DNA of 64,000 nt, from assembly GCA_048885925.1 (NCBI GenBank), contig JBHLLG010000001.1, forward strand, positions 195,105 through 259,104, written 5' to 3'. This DNA comes from Candidatus Hermodarchaeota archaeon (GTDB lineage Archaea > Asgardarchaeota > Lokiarchaeia > Sigyniarchaeales > SOKP01). How positions within the stretch are numbered: position 1 is the stretch's first letter; every line of letters begins with the position of its first letter. The notes under the pieces were generated by a model. The model did not search any database. It was given only the letters and a program-made list of their open reading frames with translations, and was not told the origin of the DNA. A program made the translations under genes and the position numbers. This document shows positions 49,036 through 59,028 of the stretch, one piece after another.

Positions 49036-49749
49036 TTATAATGATGGAAAATACCACTGTTTCCCTGTTAATATATTTTCTCTGAATTTGGCAATGCCAT
49101 TCTTTTCGAGTGATTCTAAAGCGCGAATAGCGCGATCTTGTGACCATTCTAGATTACTACACACGTCTTCTAAAGTAATAACACCTTTTTCTTTTGCTAA
49201 ATGAACTACTTTTGCCTCATCACTTGTATATTGAATAGGAAAGAATCTTACCATCAAGACACCTGAATCTAATTGAGTAATATCATCGATCACCCTTGTT
49301 TTTTTCAGCAATTTCAAAGCTTTTTCTACATCTTTCACTTCTACATTCCCTTTTAAAATCCCAGTATTAACTAATTCAAATACTTCTGATAAAGGGATAA
49401 TACCTCCAGTTTCTTCCTTGCTCATTAATACTCTTTGATAAGCTAGCATTCCTAATTTTTGATGGTCAATCTTAGAGAATTTTTTCAATACATCATGTTC
49501 GGTTATTTGTTCGGTAATTATTTTTGAAGAGGGAATATTATATTTTTTCTGGAGTTCTTTAACTTCTTTTCTTAATTCAGGGGTCAAAGCCAACAATACA
49601 CCATGCTTTTTTGCTAAATCTCGAAGTTTATCTTTTGTGAATTTCTCAACTGAAGCTTTTGCTTCCATATCTTTCATTTTAAGTTCTGCTGCTTTTTTTT
49701 TCATTGCTTCTTTTAAATCAATCTCATCTTCAATCTTTCGAATACCCAT
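49036..49749 (-). CDS. vps22: ESCRT-II Vps22/Vps36-like (EAP30) protein
   Basis: 'MGIRKI', 'L..LAKKH', 'TGGIIPLSEV', 'DVEKALKLL', 'LEWSQDRA..AL..L...G', C-terminal 'WYFPSL'. Confidence 0.85.
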   Translation of the reverse strand: MGIRKIEDEIDLKEAMKKKAAELKMKDMEAKASVEKFTKDKLRDLAKKHGVLLALTPELRKEVKELQKKYNIPSSKIITEQITEHDVLKKFSKIDHQKLGMLAYQRVLMSKEETGGIIPLSEVFELVNTGILKGNVEVKDVEKALKLLKKTRVIDDITQLDSGVLMVRFFPIQYTSDEAKVVHLAKEKGVITLEDVCSNLEWSQDRAIRALESLEKNGIAKFRENILTGKQWYFPSL

Positions 49750-49828
49750 TTTTAGATAACACTAATTTTTAATACCTTTAATGATTAATAATTATAAATC
49801 TTCTTAATTCTTTCTATTTTGAAAGAGT

Positions 49829-50410
49829 ATGATTGAATCTTCAAATTTTAGAGAAATTAATGAAATTGAAAAAGAAATCATTTTTCAAACACTTTCGACA
49901 ATATCACCAAATTTTTCTCAATTCATGATAAGATCTAAGAATATATTATACATTTCATTTAAAGAGTTAAATTCAAAAACTAATTATCCAAATACTTTTT
50001 TAGTTTCCAACCTATTTCAAGAAAATTTAGGTTTGATTAAGCTAAATAGTAAAATTCATTCATTAGGTTTATATTTTGGGTTTTTTAAAAGAAGAAGATT
50101 TTATCTAAGTTTAGAAGGAGCAGAATTTCTATATAAAAAGGGGATGCTTTCGGCTATTAAATTTCTTTATGTTAATAAGAAAGGAGAGAAATCTATTTTA
50201 TACGGGAATAACATTTTAAAAAATATGATTTTAAAGATCCCCTCTAATATCCAAAAAGAGGATTATTTACTTATATTTAATGAGATAGACGAAATATTAG
50301 CCTTAGCACAATCAAAAGTTGAAAGTAAAAACATCAAACAACTTAATCCAGAAGATTTAGTTGCCTTTAATTTGAGTGATAAAGGTATTTATCTAAGAGA
50401 AAAGCAATAA
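49829..50410 (+). CDS. nip7: NIP7-like PUA-domain ribosome biogenesis protein
   Basis: 'FREI...E', 'SLGLYFG', 'GEKSILYGNNI', 'DKGIYLRE'. Confidence 0.8.
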   Translation: MIESSNFREINEIEKEIIFQTLSTISPNFSQFMIRSKNILYISFKELNSKTNYPNTFLVSNLFQENLGLIKLNSKIHSLGLYFGFFKRRRFYLSLEGAEFLYKKGMLSAIKFLYVNKKGEKSILYGNNILKNMILKIPSNIQKEDYLLIFNEIDEILALAQSKVESKNIKQLNPEDLVAFNLSDKGIYLREKQ

Positions 50411-50550
50411 TAAAATAGAGGATTTTTCTTTTTTTTGAAATTTAAAATTAGATTTCGCCTTTAACTCCCTGATGTTGATTAAGTAACCAACATTGTATTT
50501 TAGGATAATAATATTAATAAAGTTATAAAGACCAAATTTTTACAAAAATA

Positions 50551-51507
50551 CTAGCTTAATTTTTTTATTAGGCAATAATAAAATCCTATAGTATCATGAA
50601 TATGAGGATATAAACGTTGCGAGAATTTTAAATCATCCATTAGGGTGTTTCCAAAAACTTCTGTTAATCCTTCTGCTCCAAACTTTTCAGAAATTTCAAT
50701 TATGGCAAAATTTCTTAACTTTTTTAAGACGGTATTGATGACTAACTCATTTTCTTCGGGAGCGATGGAACATGTACAATATAATAACTTACCTCCTAAT
50801 TTCAAATTATTTAATCCAACTTCTAATAATTTCTTTTGAATTGAAGCCATTTTTTCAATATCTTTCATTTTTTTATTTTTTTTCCTACTTGGATCTTGTC
50901 TAATTAGTCCTTCTCCCGTACAAGGAGCGTCTAATAGTATCTTATCCGCTCTTATTTCTAATTGCGATAAATTAATAGAATCCATATTAAGAACAATCGA
51001 GTTGATAATACCCATTCTGCGCAAATTCATTTCTAAAGCGGGAATTCGATTTACATTTCTGTCGATTAGAATAATAGTACCTTTATTTTGCATTAATTGA
51101 GCCATGTGTGTTGCTTTACTTCCTGGTGCTGCACACATATCTATAACAACTTCATTTGATTTGGGATCGAGAATAATGGCTGATAGCATTGAAGCTACAT
51201 TTTGTAAATAGTAATATCCTTGTAGAAATTCATGAGAAGAACCTAGATTGTATGATTCTTTAAGAATTTTAAATCCATAAGGAACCCATTCAACTTTTTC
51301 TAATTCAAATCCTTTTTCTTCTAATCTTTTTTTCAGTTCTAAAACAGAAATCTTTAATGTATTCACTCTTATTGTAGGGGTTAATTTTTTCTCGTTTGCT
51401 TTTAGCATATTTATTGTTTCATTTAAACCTAAGAATCGAATGTATCTTTCTACCATATAGGATAAATAATCATATTGCTTTGCTAGTTTCTTTGCATCTT
51501 CCTGCAA
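50551..51507 (-). CDS. NOL1/NOP2/Sun (RsmB/RsmF) RNA m5C methyltransferase
   Basis: 'IRVNTLK', 'DMCAAPGSK', 'LLDAPCTGEG', 'YCTCS...EENE'. Confidence 0.93.
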   Translation of the reverse strand: MQEDAKKLAKQYDYLSYMVERYIRFLGLNETINMLKANEKKLTPTIRVNTLKISVLELKKRLEEKGFELEKVEWVPYGFKILKESYNLGSSHEFLQGYYYLQNVASMLSAIILDPKSNEVVIDMCAAPGSKATHMAQLMQNKGTIILIDRNVNRIPALEMNLRRMGIINSIVLNMDSINLSQLEIRADKILLDAPCTGEGLIRQDPSRKKNKKMKDIEKMASIQKKLLEVGLNNLKLGGKLLYCTCSIAPEENELVINTVLKKLRNFAIIEISEKFGAEGLTEVFGNTLMDDLKFSQRLYPHIHDTIGFYYCLIKKLS

Positions 51508-51598
51508 TTGAGTAATAAATACATCAACTTAATTTCATTTCATTAATACTATTAAAAAATGATGTATTATATTTGTTATTAGAAAAGAGTTAGTTGCA

Positions 51599-52210
51599 AT
51601 GATTGAAGTAGAAATAAAAGTTAAAATCTTAGATCCTGAATTAATAAAAAAAAAATTTGAGGAGAACAATGGAGTATATAAATTATCTTTATACCATGAA
51701 GATATTTATTTCAATATGCCTGAGGGATTGAGAGATTTTAAAAAAACTGATGAAGCCTTAAGATTAAGAAAATCTATTGAATTTAATAAAGCTGATAGAT
51801 TGAAGAAAAAAATTTACAATCATTACATAACCTATAAAGGTAAAAAGATCGACAATTCTACAAAAACCCGAAGTGAAATTGATATTACAATTGAAGATAC
51901 GGATAGTATGAAGAAATTGTTAACAGAATTGGGTTTTAAAGAAATATTTACCATTCAAAAGGAAAGGGAATTATATGAATTTAAATTTGAAAATACTCAT
52001 ATTGAAGTATTGGTAGATTATATACCTCTTTTAAAACAATATTTTATTGAAGTTGAATGTTTAGTCAGTTCTTTAGATCAAATCGAGAAATTTCGAGAGA
52101 TTTTATTCCGATTTCTAAAAAAGTTCAACATTAAGAAGGAAGAATCAATAAGAGAATCTTATTTAGAACTAATTTTGAGAAATTTAAAACCTAACTATGG
52201 GTATAATTGA
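51599..52210 (+). CDS. cyaB: CYTH/triphosphate tunnel metalloenzyme (CyaB-like)
   Basis: ExExK 'MIEVEIKVK', 'EDIYF', 'EALRLR', 'TYKG.K', 'KERE', 'FIEVE', 'SYLEL'. Confidence 0.88.
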   Translation: MIEVEIKVKILDPELIKKKFEENNGVYKLSLYHEDIYFNMPEGLRDFKKTDEALRLRKSIEFNKADRLKKKIYNHYITYKGKKIDNSTKTRSEIDITIEDTDSMKKLLTELGFKEIFTIQKERELYEFKFENTHIEVLVDYIPLLKQYFIEVECLVSSLDQIEKFREILFRFLKKFNIKKEESIRESYLELILRNLKPNYGYN

Positions 52211-52463
52211 GTATATTAAACATAATATACCCAATAAGGATATGGAAAAGAAAAACTCTGTATCACTTTCTCAATTAAATATTGTTTAATATAAATTTAA
52301 AATAATTTGGAGTCCAATTTCTAAAATTGATTATTAGGAATAATGAATATTATAATATTTAAGTAAAAATATTTATTTATTTTAACTTTTAGAAATTGCA
52401 CCCATTTTACCGTATAAAAGTTGGAAAATCATTCCAATAGCTATTACGGTAAATTTAAAAAAT

Positions 52464-52751
52464 TTATTTCTTCAAATCTTTATATTCTCCATCCAAAATC
52501 TGGGCAATATAACGTCTTCCTTTAATAATCCACATTATTTTATGGCCTTCCCTTGCCTTTTTACCCCATTCTGACTTTTTATTACGATTTTGTTCAATGT
52601 ATCGATATCCGAATAGATCGACGTAATGTGGCCCACTTGAAAATTTCTTAATCGGATATTCAATATCATCAATTGTGATACTTTTTTTACCTTCAAAGAT
52701 CGCATTAAATATCTTTAAACCATTTTCTTTTATATTTTCCATAATATTCAA
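52464..52751 (-). CDS. small basic hypothetical protein
   Basis: 95-aa ATG ORF 5 nt downstream of the HD gene; GGTGA Shine-Dalgarno; motif 'IEQN..KKSEW...AREGHKIMW'. Confidence 0.7.
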   Translation of the reverse strand: MNIMENIKENGLKIFNAIFEGKKSITIDDIEYPIKKFSSGPHYVDLFGYRYIEQNRNKKSEWGKKAREGHKIMWIIKGRRYIAQILDGEYKDLKK

Positions 52752-52756
52752 TCACC

Positions 52757-54232
52757 TTAGATTATAATAGTATCTTGCGCAATAATAGCTTCTTGTGTTT
52801 TCTTTTTTAATTTAGTTGTTTTAATATCTTGAAGATTTACAGTTGTCTTAGGAAATATTGTTCCACCATTTAATCTTCCGAATGTTTTTTTCTTTTCATT
52901 AGAGAAAAGAGAGAAATTAAATTGCATTAAATCTTTCGCTTGCTGATCTTTAAATTGCATCAGCCAAGAAAATTCATCTAAATGCAGTAGGATCTCATCT
53001 AAAAGTGTTACTTTTTTCAATTCAGTTGTAAAATAAGTGTCACGTATTTGAATTGGAATTGGTCTACCCCATTCCTGTAATTCATCTATTAACATTAAAA
53101 AAAATGCTAAAGGGTTTTCTTCAAAATTGTAGTCTTTAAGCTTAGCTTTAAAATTGTGGAGTGCTATTGCTTTAGCAGCTAAAATATATCCGTGATTTTC
53201 ATCATTATTTCTAATTTCTGTTGGAGTACCAAGCCCCCTTAAAAGAGAAAGTGCAGAAATGACCCCATGATCTAGTTCTATTTGATTCTGATAATTATAT
53301 TCAGGATGCCCATTTGGATGATTTAAAAAAATTTGCGCCTCTTGAGCAGATATAGACGGAAATTTAAACCCAGCACCCTCCCTTATTAAAATTTGAGCTT
53401 CTTTAGATAATCCTTCTTCTATAATTTTTAGATATTCCTCTTGTTCACCTCTCCACGTTAAATTGATTTCAAAGGGAATAAATTGAAGATCCAACGTAGG
53501 GTAACATTTTAATAATTGATTTAAAAGAGAATAATTAACAGCTGTAGTCATTTTTCCCAATGGATATCCTATATCATGAAGAAGTCCTATAATCCACCAG
53601 AATTTTTCTTTTAATAATTTTTTATTTAATTCTGTTAAATCAGAAATAATTCCAGCTAAAGATCCTTGACCAATATCTTGTTCTAACAAAAAATCTCCTA
53701 AAACTGCTACACGAAGCGCATGTTCAGTATGATCTCTATAATATTTTTTTACACTTGTACTATAAAGAAAAGCTTCAAGGTCTGGTAAAGCTCTTATAAG
53801 ATACAATAATCCTCTAGATTCAATCCCTCGTTCCTTAGATACATCAAGAAGAGCAGATGATAGATCTTTCCTTTTCCCAGTTATGAAATCTAAATTTAAA
53901 TCTAAACCCTCAATATCTTTAAAAGATTCCTTTATTGCCATCTCAAGAGGTATCTGAAGTCCCGAAAGCATCTGCATTTTAAAATTAGAAAATTTTTTTC
54001 CAAAAGAACCTAAATTTGCTATTTCTCTTTGTGCTAACGCTAAATCTTTATCCAGATCTTTTAAAGTTGCAAAGGATTTATTTTTTTTTAGCTCTTCGAG
54101 AGCTTCGGGATGTATTTCCTGTAATGTTTTTTCTACTGATGACATCAAATCAGAAAACCATTTACTAAAACTACTACTCTGCCCAGAAATTCGATTTAGT
54201 ATCCAATCATCATTTATTCGGAAATCTGACAT
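52757..54232 (-). CDS. HD-superfamily metal-dependent phosphohydrolase with N-terminal helical domain
   Basis: 'YRDHTEHALRV', 'LLHDIGYP', 'DHGVISA', 'IALHN', 'IDELQEWGR'. Confidence 0.75.
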   Translation of the reverse strand: MSDFRINDDWILNRISGQSSSFSKWFSDLMSSVEKTLQEIHPEALEELKKNKSFATLKDLDKDLALAQREIANLGSFGKKFSNFKMQMLSGLQIPLEMAIKESFKDIEGLDLNLDFITGKRKDLSSALLDVSKERGIESRGLLYLIRALPDLEAFLYSTSVKKYYRDHTEHALRVAVLGDFLLEQDIGQGSLAGIISDLTELNKKLLKEKFWWIIGLLHDIGYPLGKMTTAVNYSLLNQLLKCYPTLDLQFIPFEINLTWRGEQEEYLKIIEEGLSKEAQILIREGAGFKFPSISAQEAQIFLNHPNGHPEYNYQNQIELDHGVISALSLLRGLGTPTEIRNNDENHGYILAAKAIALHNFKAKLKDYNFEENPLAFFLMLIDELQEWGRPIPIQIRDTYFTTELKKVTLLDEILLHLDEFSWLMQFKDQQAKDLMQFNFSLFSNEKKKTFGRLNGGTIFPKTTVNLQDIKTTKLKKKTQEAIIAQDTIII

Positions 54233-54374
54233 ACTAATACTAGAAAGTATTTAATATTGGTTTTAATTTATTAGGTTTTAATAATTTTGCATTTTTAAAT
54301 TATGAATAAAGACAAAACTAGACCATTATAATAAAGAATTATAAAGAAAATAAACATTTCATGCAAGTCTGATA

Positions 54375-55511
54375 TTATGATATATCTAATCTAATGATCT
54401 CGTGATGACAAATTGAAAGTGAACTATTAGAAGGTGCGAATAATTCTATATTATCTAATACTTCTACATAAGAAGAAAGAATTACTAAGTTTTGATTATT
54501 TCCCACTAATTTTGCGCCATCATGTATTAAACAATTGTCAGCAATAATTGTTTTATCTATTTTAACATTATTTGAGATATACACATCATTGTAAATTAAA
54601 GCCTCTTTAATTTCTGAATTTTCTCCAATATAAACATTGTCCCCAATGACAACATTTGGCCCAATTCGACAATTATTTCTCATAACTACATTTTCACCAA
54701 TAGTAACGGGTGGATATATCATTGCTTTACCCTGTATATAAAGACTCTCATCAATTAGACTTTCTCGTTTTTCTTCAAGGTTTTTCAATAGATCATTCAT
54801 TAATTGAATATTTCCTTCTAATAATTCTTCAGGTTTTCCAATATCTTTCCAGATACCCGAAATTGAATAATGAAATAATTTATCCTCACTAGCAAGTATA
54901 GGAAAAACCTCTCTTTCTATTGAAACTTTCTTGTTAGGTTTAATGTATTGAAATACCTCAGGTTCTAAAAGATATACTCCAGCATTAATAGGCATGGGAA
55001 TAATTTTTCCCTGTGGAGGCGTATATTCGGTTTTTTCAAGAAATTTTAAAATTTTATTTGTACCTTCCTCAATAATTAGTACACCATATCTTGAAGGATC
55101 GGGAACAATTTTACTTGCGATTAATCCTACTCCTTTATAAGTTTCATGGGCATTAACCATTGTTTTAAAATCAAAATTTAAAATAACATCTCCATTTAAC
55201 ATAAAAAAATTATCATCTTTTAGGTAATCTTCAGCTAATTTTATTGCTCCAGCAGTTCCTAGTGGACTTTTCTCATTTGTATATTGAATTTTGATTCCAA
55301 ATTTCTTTCCATCCTTAAAATAATTTTGTAAAATCTCAGACATCACACTTACTGCTAAAATTATTTCTGTAATTCCTGCTGCTTTTAATAATAGAATTTG
55401 TCTTTCTATTACGGGTTTATTCACTACAGGAATCAAAGTTTTAGGTATTGAACAAGTTAATGGCCGTAAACGAGTTCCCCAACCTCCAGATAAAATTACT
55501 GCTTTGGTCAT
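54375..55511 (-). CDS. NDP-sugar pyrophosphorylase (mannose-1-phosphate guanylyltransferase-like) with left-handed beta-helix
   Basis: 'LSGGWGTRLRPLT..PK', 'PLGTAGA', 'NGD', 'INAGVY', 'WKDIGKP'; hexapeptide repeats. Confidence 0.9.
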   Translation of the reverse strand: MTKAVILSGGWGTRLRPLTCSIPKTLIPVVNKPVIERQILLLKAAGITEIILAVSVMSEILQNYFKDGKKFGIKIQYTNEKSPLGTAGAIKLAEDYLKDDNFFMLNGDVILNFDFKTMVNAHETYKGVGLIASKIVPDPSRYGVLIIEEGTNKILKFLEKTEYTPPQGKIIPMPINAGVYLLEPEVFQYIKPNKKVSIEREVFPILASEDKLFHYSISGIWKDIGKPEELLEGNIQLMNDLLKNLEEKRESLIDESLYIQGKAMIYPPVTIGENVVMRNNCRIGPNVVIGDNVYIGENSEIKEALIYNDVYISNNVKIDKTIIADNCLIHDGAKLVGNNQNLVILSSYVEVLDNIELFAPSNSSLSICHHEIIRLDIS

Positions 55512-55621
55512 TATAAGTATTAAATAATTTTGATGGAAACCATCATTTTTTAAGTTAATTTTAAGGAATTAAATTAAAAATTAAAATTTATTCAAAATTA
55601 GTTAAAAAGGGCAAAATATCG

Positions 55622-56914
55622 TTATAATTCAATTTGCTCTGGTCTTAAGCTTACTTCATCTTCTTTTTCTATCATTCGATCTTCAGAATCTTTGCGTATA
55701 GCATTTTTAAGATCAGTGAAAAACCAAGTTACAATAATACTTACAAATTGTAAATATAATATGATTATAAAAAGTAATCTAATTCCAAATAATTCTGCTA
55801 AAGGTCCAGAGATTATCATTCCAAGGGGTGTCACAGCAGTTGCAATACTAACAACGATTGAGAACACTCTACCCTGAGATTTTGGAGGAATCCTTGTTTG
55901 CAATATCGTAAGAAACATTGTATTTGCTATGGGAATTAATAAACCATGGATTAATGTTCCGATGCCCATTAATATAAAATAACCCTTTGGAGCAATTGCT
56001 GTAATCAAATATCCACCAATTCCAATAAAAATAGAGCAGAGTATAATTACTTCCTTGTTTTTCCAGTCTTTTTTAGTCGAAGCAATTATTGCACCAATAA
56101 CAATTCCAACTTGTAAGAATGCGCTTACTAAAGCAAAATCAGCAGCAGTTCCAGAGTGATTTATTAGAATAAATAATGACATTAAAGTAGTAAATGGCAT
56201 ATTTAATAGATTGATAACAGAAATAAATATAATCAAAATGAGAAAACTTTTTACAGATTTTAAAATATTTATTCCAGATTTAAAATCCTTTAAATATGAA
56301 ACCTTTTGTTCTCTCCCTGAATCAGCGGTGATTGAGGGAATAGTAATGAGTAATAATGGAACAATAGCAATAATAAAGGTAAATATATCTACCCATAGTA
56401 TTTGTTCAATTAAAAAGAATGCTAGTAACGTCGCTGCTACTACTGGACCTATTACACGTATAATCCCTGTAAATAAATAGTTGATTGCATTCATTCTACT
56501 TAGATATTTCTTTGGTATCATGATTGGAATTATAGCATTAACAGTAGGAAAATGAATCGCTTGACAAATTCCTCGAAAAAAATTCATTGTAATAACAAGC
56601 CAAATATTCGCAATATCATTCAAAAATATTAGAATTATCAAGAACGTTATGAAAGCTTGAAGCGAATCTGTGACAACGATGGTAACTTTCCTATTCCATC
56701 TATCTATAAAAACACCTACGATCAATGGAATGATTACCATTGGAAAAAATCCTAAAAAAAGAGCAATTGATACATAAATTGGACTCTCTGTTACTTCTGC
56801 TATCCACCAGACTATTACAAACTGAATAATAGAAGATCCCAATAATGAGAATAATTGACCAACCCAAAAGAAAATATAACTTCTAAATGAATGTTCAGTG
56901 GCCGTTAAACCCAT
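55622..56914 (-). CDS. MFS transporter (MefA/DHA3-like)
   Basis: 'WVGQLFSLLGS', 'GVFIDRWNRK', 'QGRVFS'; about 12 TMs. Confidence 0.88.
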   Translation of the reverse strand: MGLTATEHSFRSYIFFWVGQLFSLLGSSIIQFVIVWWIAEVTESPIYVSIALFLGFFPMVIIPLIVGVFIDRWNRKVTIVVTDSLQAFITFLIILIFLNDIANIWLVITMNFFRGICQAIHFPTVNAIIPIMIPKKYLSRMNAINYLFTGIIRVIGPVVAATLLAFFLIEQILWVDIFTFIIAIVPLLLITIPSITADSGREQKVSYLKDFKSGINILKSVKSFLILIIFISVINLLNMPFTTLMSLFILINHSGTAADFALVSAFLQVGIVIGAIIASTKKDWKNKEVIILCSIFIGIGGYLITAIAPKGYFILMGIGTLIHGLLIPIANTMFLTILQTRIPPKSQGRVFSIVVSIATAVTPLGMIISGPLAELFGIRLLFIIILYLQFVSIIVTWFFTDLKNAIRKDSEDRMIEKEDEVSLRPEQIEL

Positions 56915-57020
56915 AAAAAATTAAATGAAATATTATATCAATATTTTATGAAATCTCTAAAGAACGAATTTTATCTGTTAGAAATAAATTAGACTTTTAA
57001 AAAAAATAAAAAAAGGTAAA

Positions 57021-58787
57021 TTACTTTTTAAATAGCGGATCTGCTTCTTGAAGTGTACGTCTTTCGACTTTTCCCATAATACTTTTAGGGACTTCGTCAA
57101 TGATATCAATCATAGCAGGACATTTCCATTTCGTCATATTCTTTTCTGTCCATGCTATTAATTCTTCTCCAGTTATCTTCCCCTTATATTCTGGCTTCAA
57201 AGCAACCCAAGCTTTTGTGATTTCTCCAACTTTTCCCGAAGGGTCTGGAAGACCTGCTACAGCTGCTTCTGAAACTGCTTCATGACTCATCAACATTGTT
57301 TCAACTTCAGCAGGAAATACTGAATGTCCAGCAACTTTAATTAATTGTTTCTTTCTATCTCTAAGTGCCACAGTCCCATCTTCATTCATGAAACCAATAT
57401 CTCCGGTGAGGAGCCAAGTTCGACCATCCCATTTCTTTAAAGTATCCGCTGTTTCTTCAGGTTGATTTAAATAACCTTTCATAACTTGAGGTCCACATAT
57501 ACATAATTCTCCTGTGTGTTCTTCTCCATATTTTGATCCAGGTAGACCATCTGCTATTGGTCCCTTTTCAAAATCATTGGTATCAAAAATCGTCCAATCG
57601 GTACCAGTCATTGCCATACCAATACAACCTACTGGACTATCACCAAATAAATTCCCTCCACTTACAACAGGGCTGGCTTCTGAAAGACCATATCCTTCTA
57701 CAATCCTTCCACCAGTATTTTCTTGAAATGATTTTTGTACAGGTGCATGTAAAGGTCCAGCACCTGAAATGCATAGTCTTAATCTCCCCATTAAGCCAGG
57801 AAATTTTTCAAGATGAGGAAAATCAGCGATCCTTTTAAACAGAATTTCAGCACCTGCATAAAAAAGCCCTTTTGGAGCATCAATATGCGTGATTTCTTTT
57901 AGAAATTCTTCAGTAGGTGGCGGTCGTGGAAAAAGCATCATCCATCCTCCCAAACCAATTGCTACATTCATAACAGCTGTCATAGCAAATGAATGGAAGA
58001 GTGGAATAGCGCCGATATCTCCCACACCAGGATCTTCTCCTCCCACCCACAAAACGCATTGAAGTGCGTTAGAAACTAAATTAAAGTGTGTCAATACTGT
58101 TGCTTTAGGAACTCCTGTTGTTCCTCCAGTCATAATATAAGTAGCAGTATGTTCAGTTGGATCAAATTGTACTTTAGGAAGATCTGGTTTTGTATCAAGA
58201 AGATCTAAAAAATTTATAGCACTAGGAAAATCAACTTTTCCTTTTGGAATTTTACCAATCATTTTTCCTAATGTCTTCTTAATTCCTGATAAACCTGAAG
58301 CTAAATCGACTATATTTGTGTAAATAACCATCTCAACATTAGTCTTATTAATGATTGAACGTGCTAACTCACCATATAATGCATCTAAAGTAATTAATAC
58401 TTTTGCATTGGTTAATTTTAAGTGATGTAATACTTCCAAAGGTTTATAAGTTATATTTATACCCGTAGCAATTGCTCCCAACTTTGCAGTTGCATAGAAG
58501 CTAATTACATATTGAAAACTATTAGGTAAAAGATATGCAACCACATCTCCTTTCTTTATACCTAATTTATGAAGCGCTGTTGCTAAAGAATCTATAGCTT
58601 GCCCCGCTTCCTCGTAAGTCATCCAAGATTCGATAAACCACATCATTCGTTCATTAGGATATTTTTTTCTTTGTCTTTCGAAAAATTCTCCTAATGAAAT
58701 TTTCTCAAAATTGTAATTCTTTGGAGTATTCTTGGGCCACCACTTCTTAAACCAAGCTTTATCCTCATTTACTTGCCATTCTGCCAT
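57021..58787 (-). CDS. long-chain fatty-acid--CoA ligase (AMP-binding)
   Basis: 'TGGTTGVPK', 'EGYGLSE', 'GPQVMKGY', 'TGDIG', 'DRKKQLIK', 'PKSIMGK'. Confidence 0.92.
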   Translation of the reverse strand: MAEWQVNEDKAWFKKWWPKNTPKNYNFEKISLGEFFERQRKKYPNERMMWFIESWMTYEEAGQAIDSLATALHKLGIKKGDVVAYLLPNSFQYVISFYATAKLGAIATGINITYKPLEVLHHLKLTNAKVLITLDALYGELARSIINKTNVEMVIYTNIVDLASGLSGIKKTLGKMIGKIPKGKVDFPSAINFLDLLDTKPDLPKVQFDPTEHTATYIMTGGTTGVPKATVLTHFNLVSNALQCVLWVGGEDPGVGDIGAIPLFHSFAMTAVMNVAIGLGGWMMLFPRPPPTEEFLKEITHIDAPKGLFYAGAEILFKRIADFPHLEKFPGLMGRLRLCISGAGPLHAPVQKSFQENTGGRIVEGYGLSEASPVVSGGNLFGDSPVGCIGMAMTGTDWTIFDTNDFEKGPIADGLPGSKYGEEHTGELCICGPQVMKGYLNQPEETADTLKKWDGRTWLLTGDIGFMNEDGTVALRDRKKQLIKVAGHSVFPAEVETMLMSHEAVSEAAVAGLPDPSGKVGEITKAWVALKPEYKGKITGEELIAWTEKNMTKWKCPAMIDIIDEVPKSIMGKVERRTLQEADPLFKK

Positions 58788-59028
58788 CTAAATCACTTTT
58801 TATTTCATTTTTTTTTGTAAATTCGAATTTCAAAATTTTATTGTTGAACATTAAATTAAATTAGAGTAAATTTATAAAGTTTATATTAAAGAATTAAAAG
58901 GCTTTAGCGATATTTCAAGTATGAGTTTATTTCATAAGAAAGCTTTTTTAAAAATATAATAAAAAAAATTATATGATACTAATAATTCGAAATACATAGA
59001 AATTGAAATAATTGCTAAGGAAAAAAAA

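Noticed and set aside
46074-49749. ESCRT cluster as the 'previously undescribed system'
   Set aside because: Already well described in Lokiarchaeia; only its peculiarities are reported as findings
51599-52210. Calling the CYTH protein a true adenylate cyclase
   Set aside because: The motifs only establish the TTM fold; characterised archaeal homologues are mainly triphosphatases
2-58787. A fatty-acid oxidation 'cluster' (SCP2, acyl-CoA dehydrogenase, enoyl-CoA hydratase, CoA ligase)
   Set aside because: The genes are dispersed over ~58 kb and these families are highly expanded in Lokiarchaea; no operon linkage
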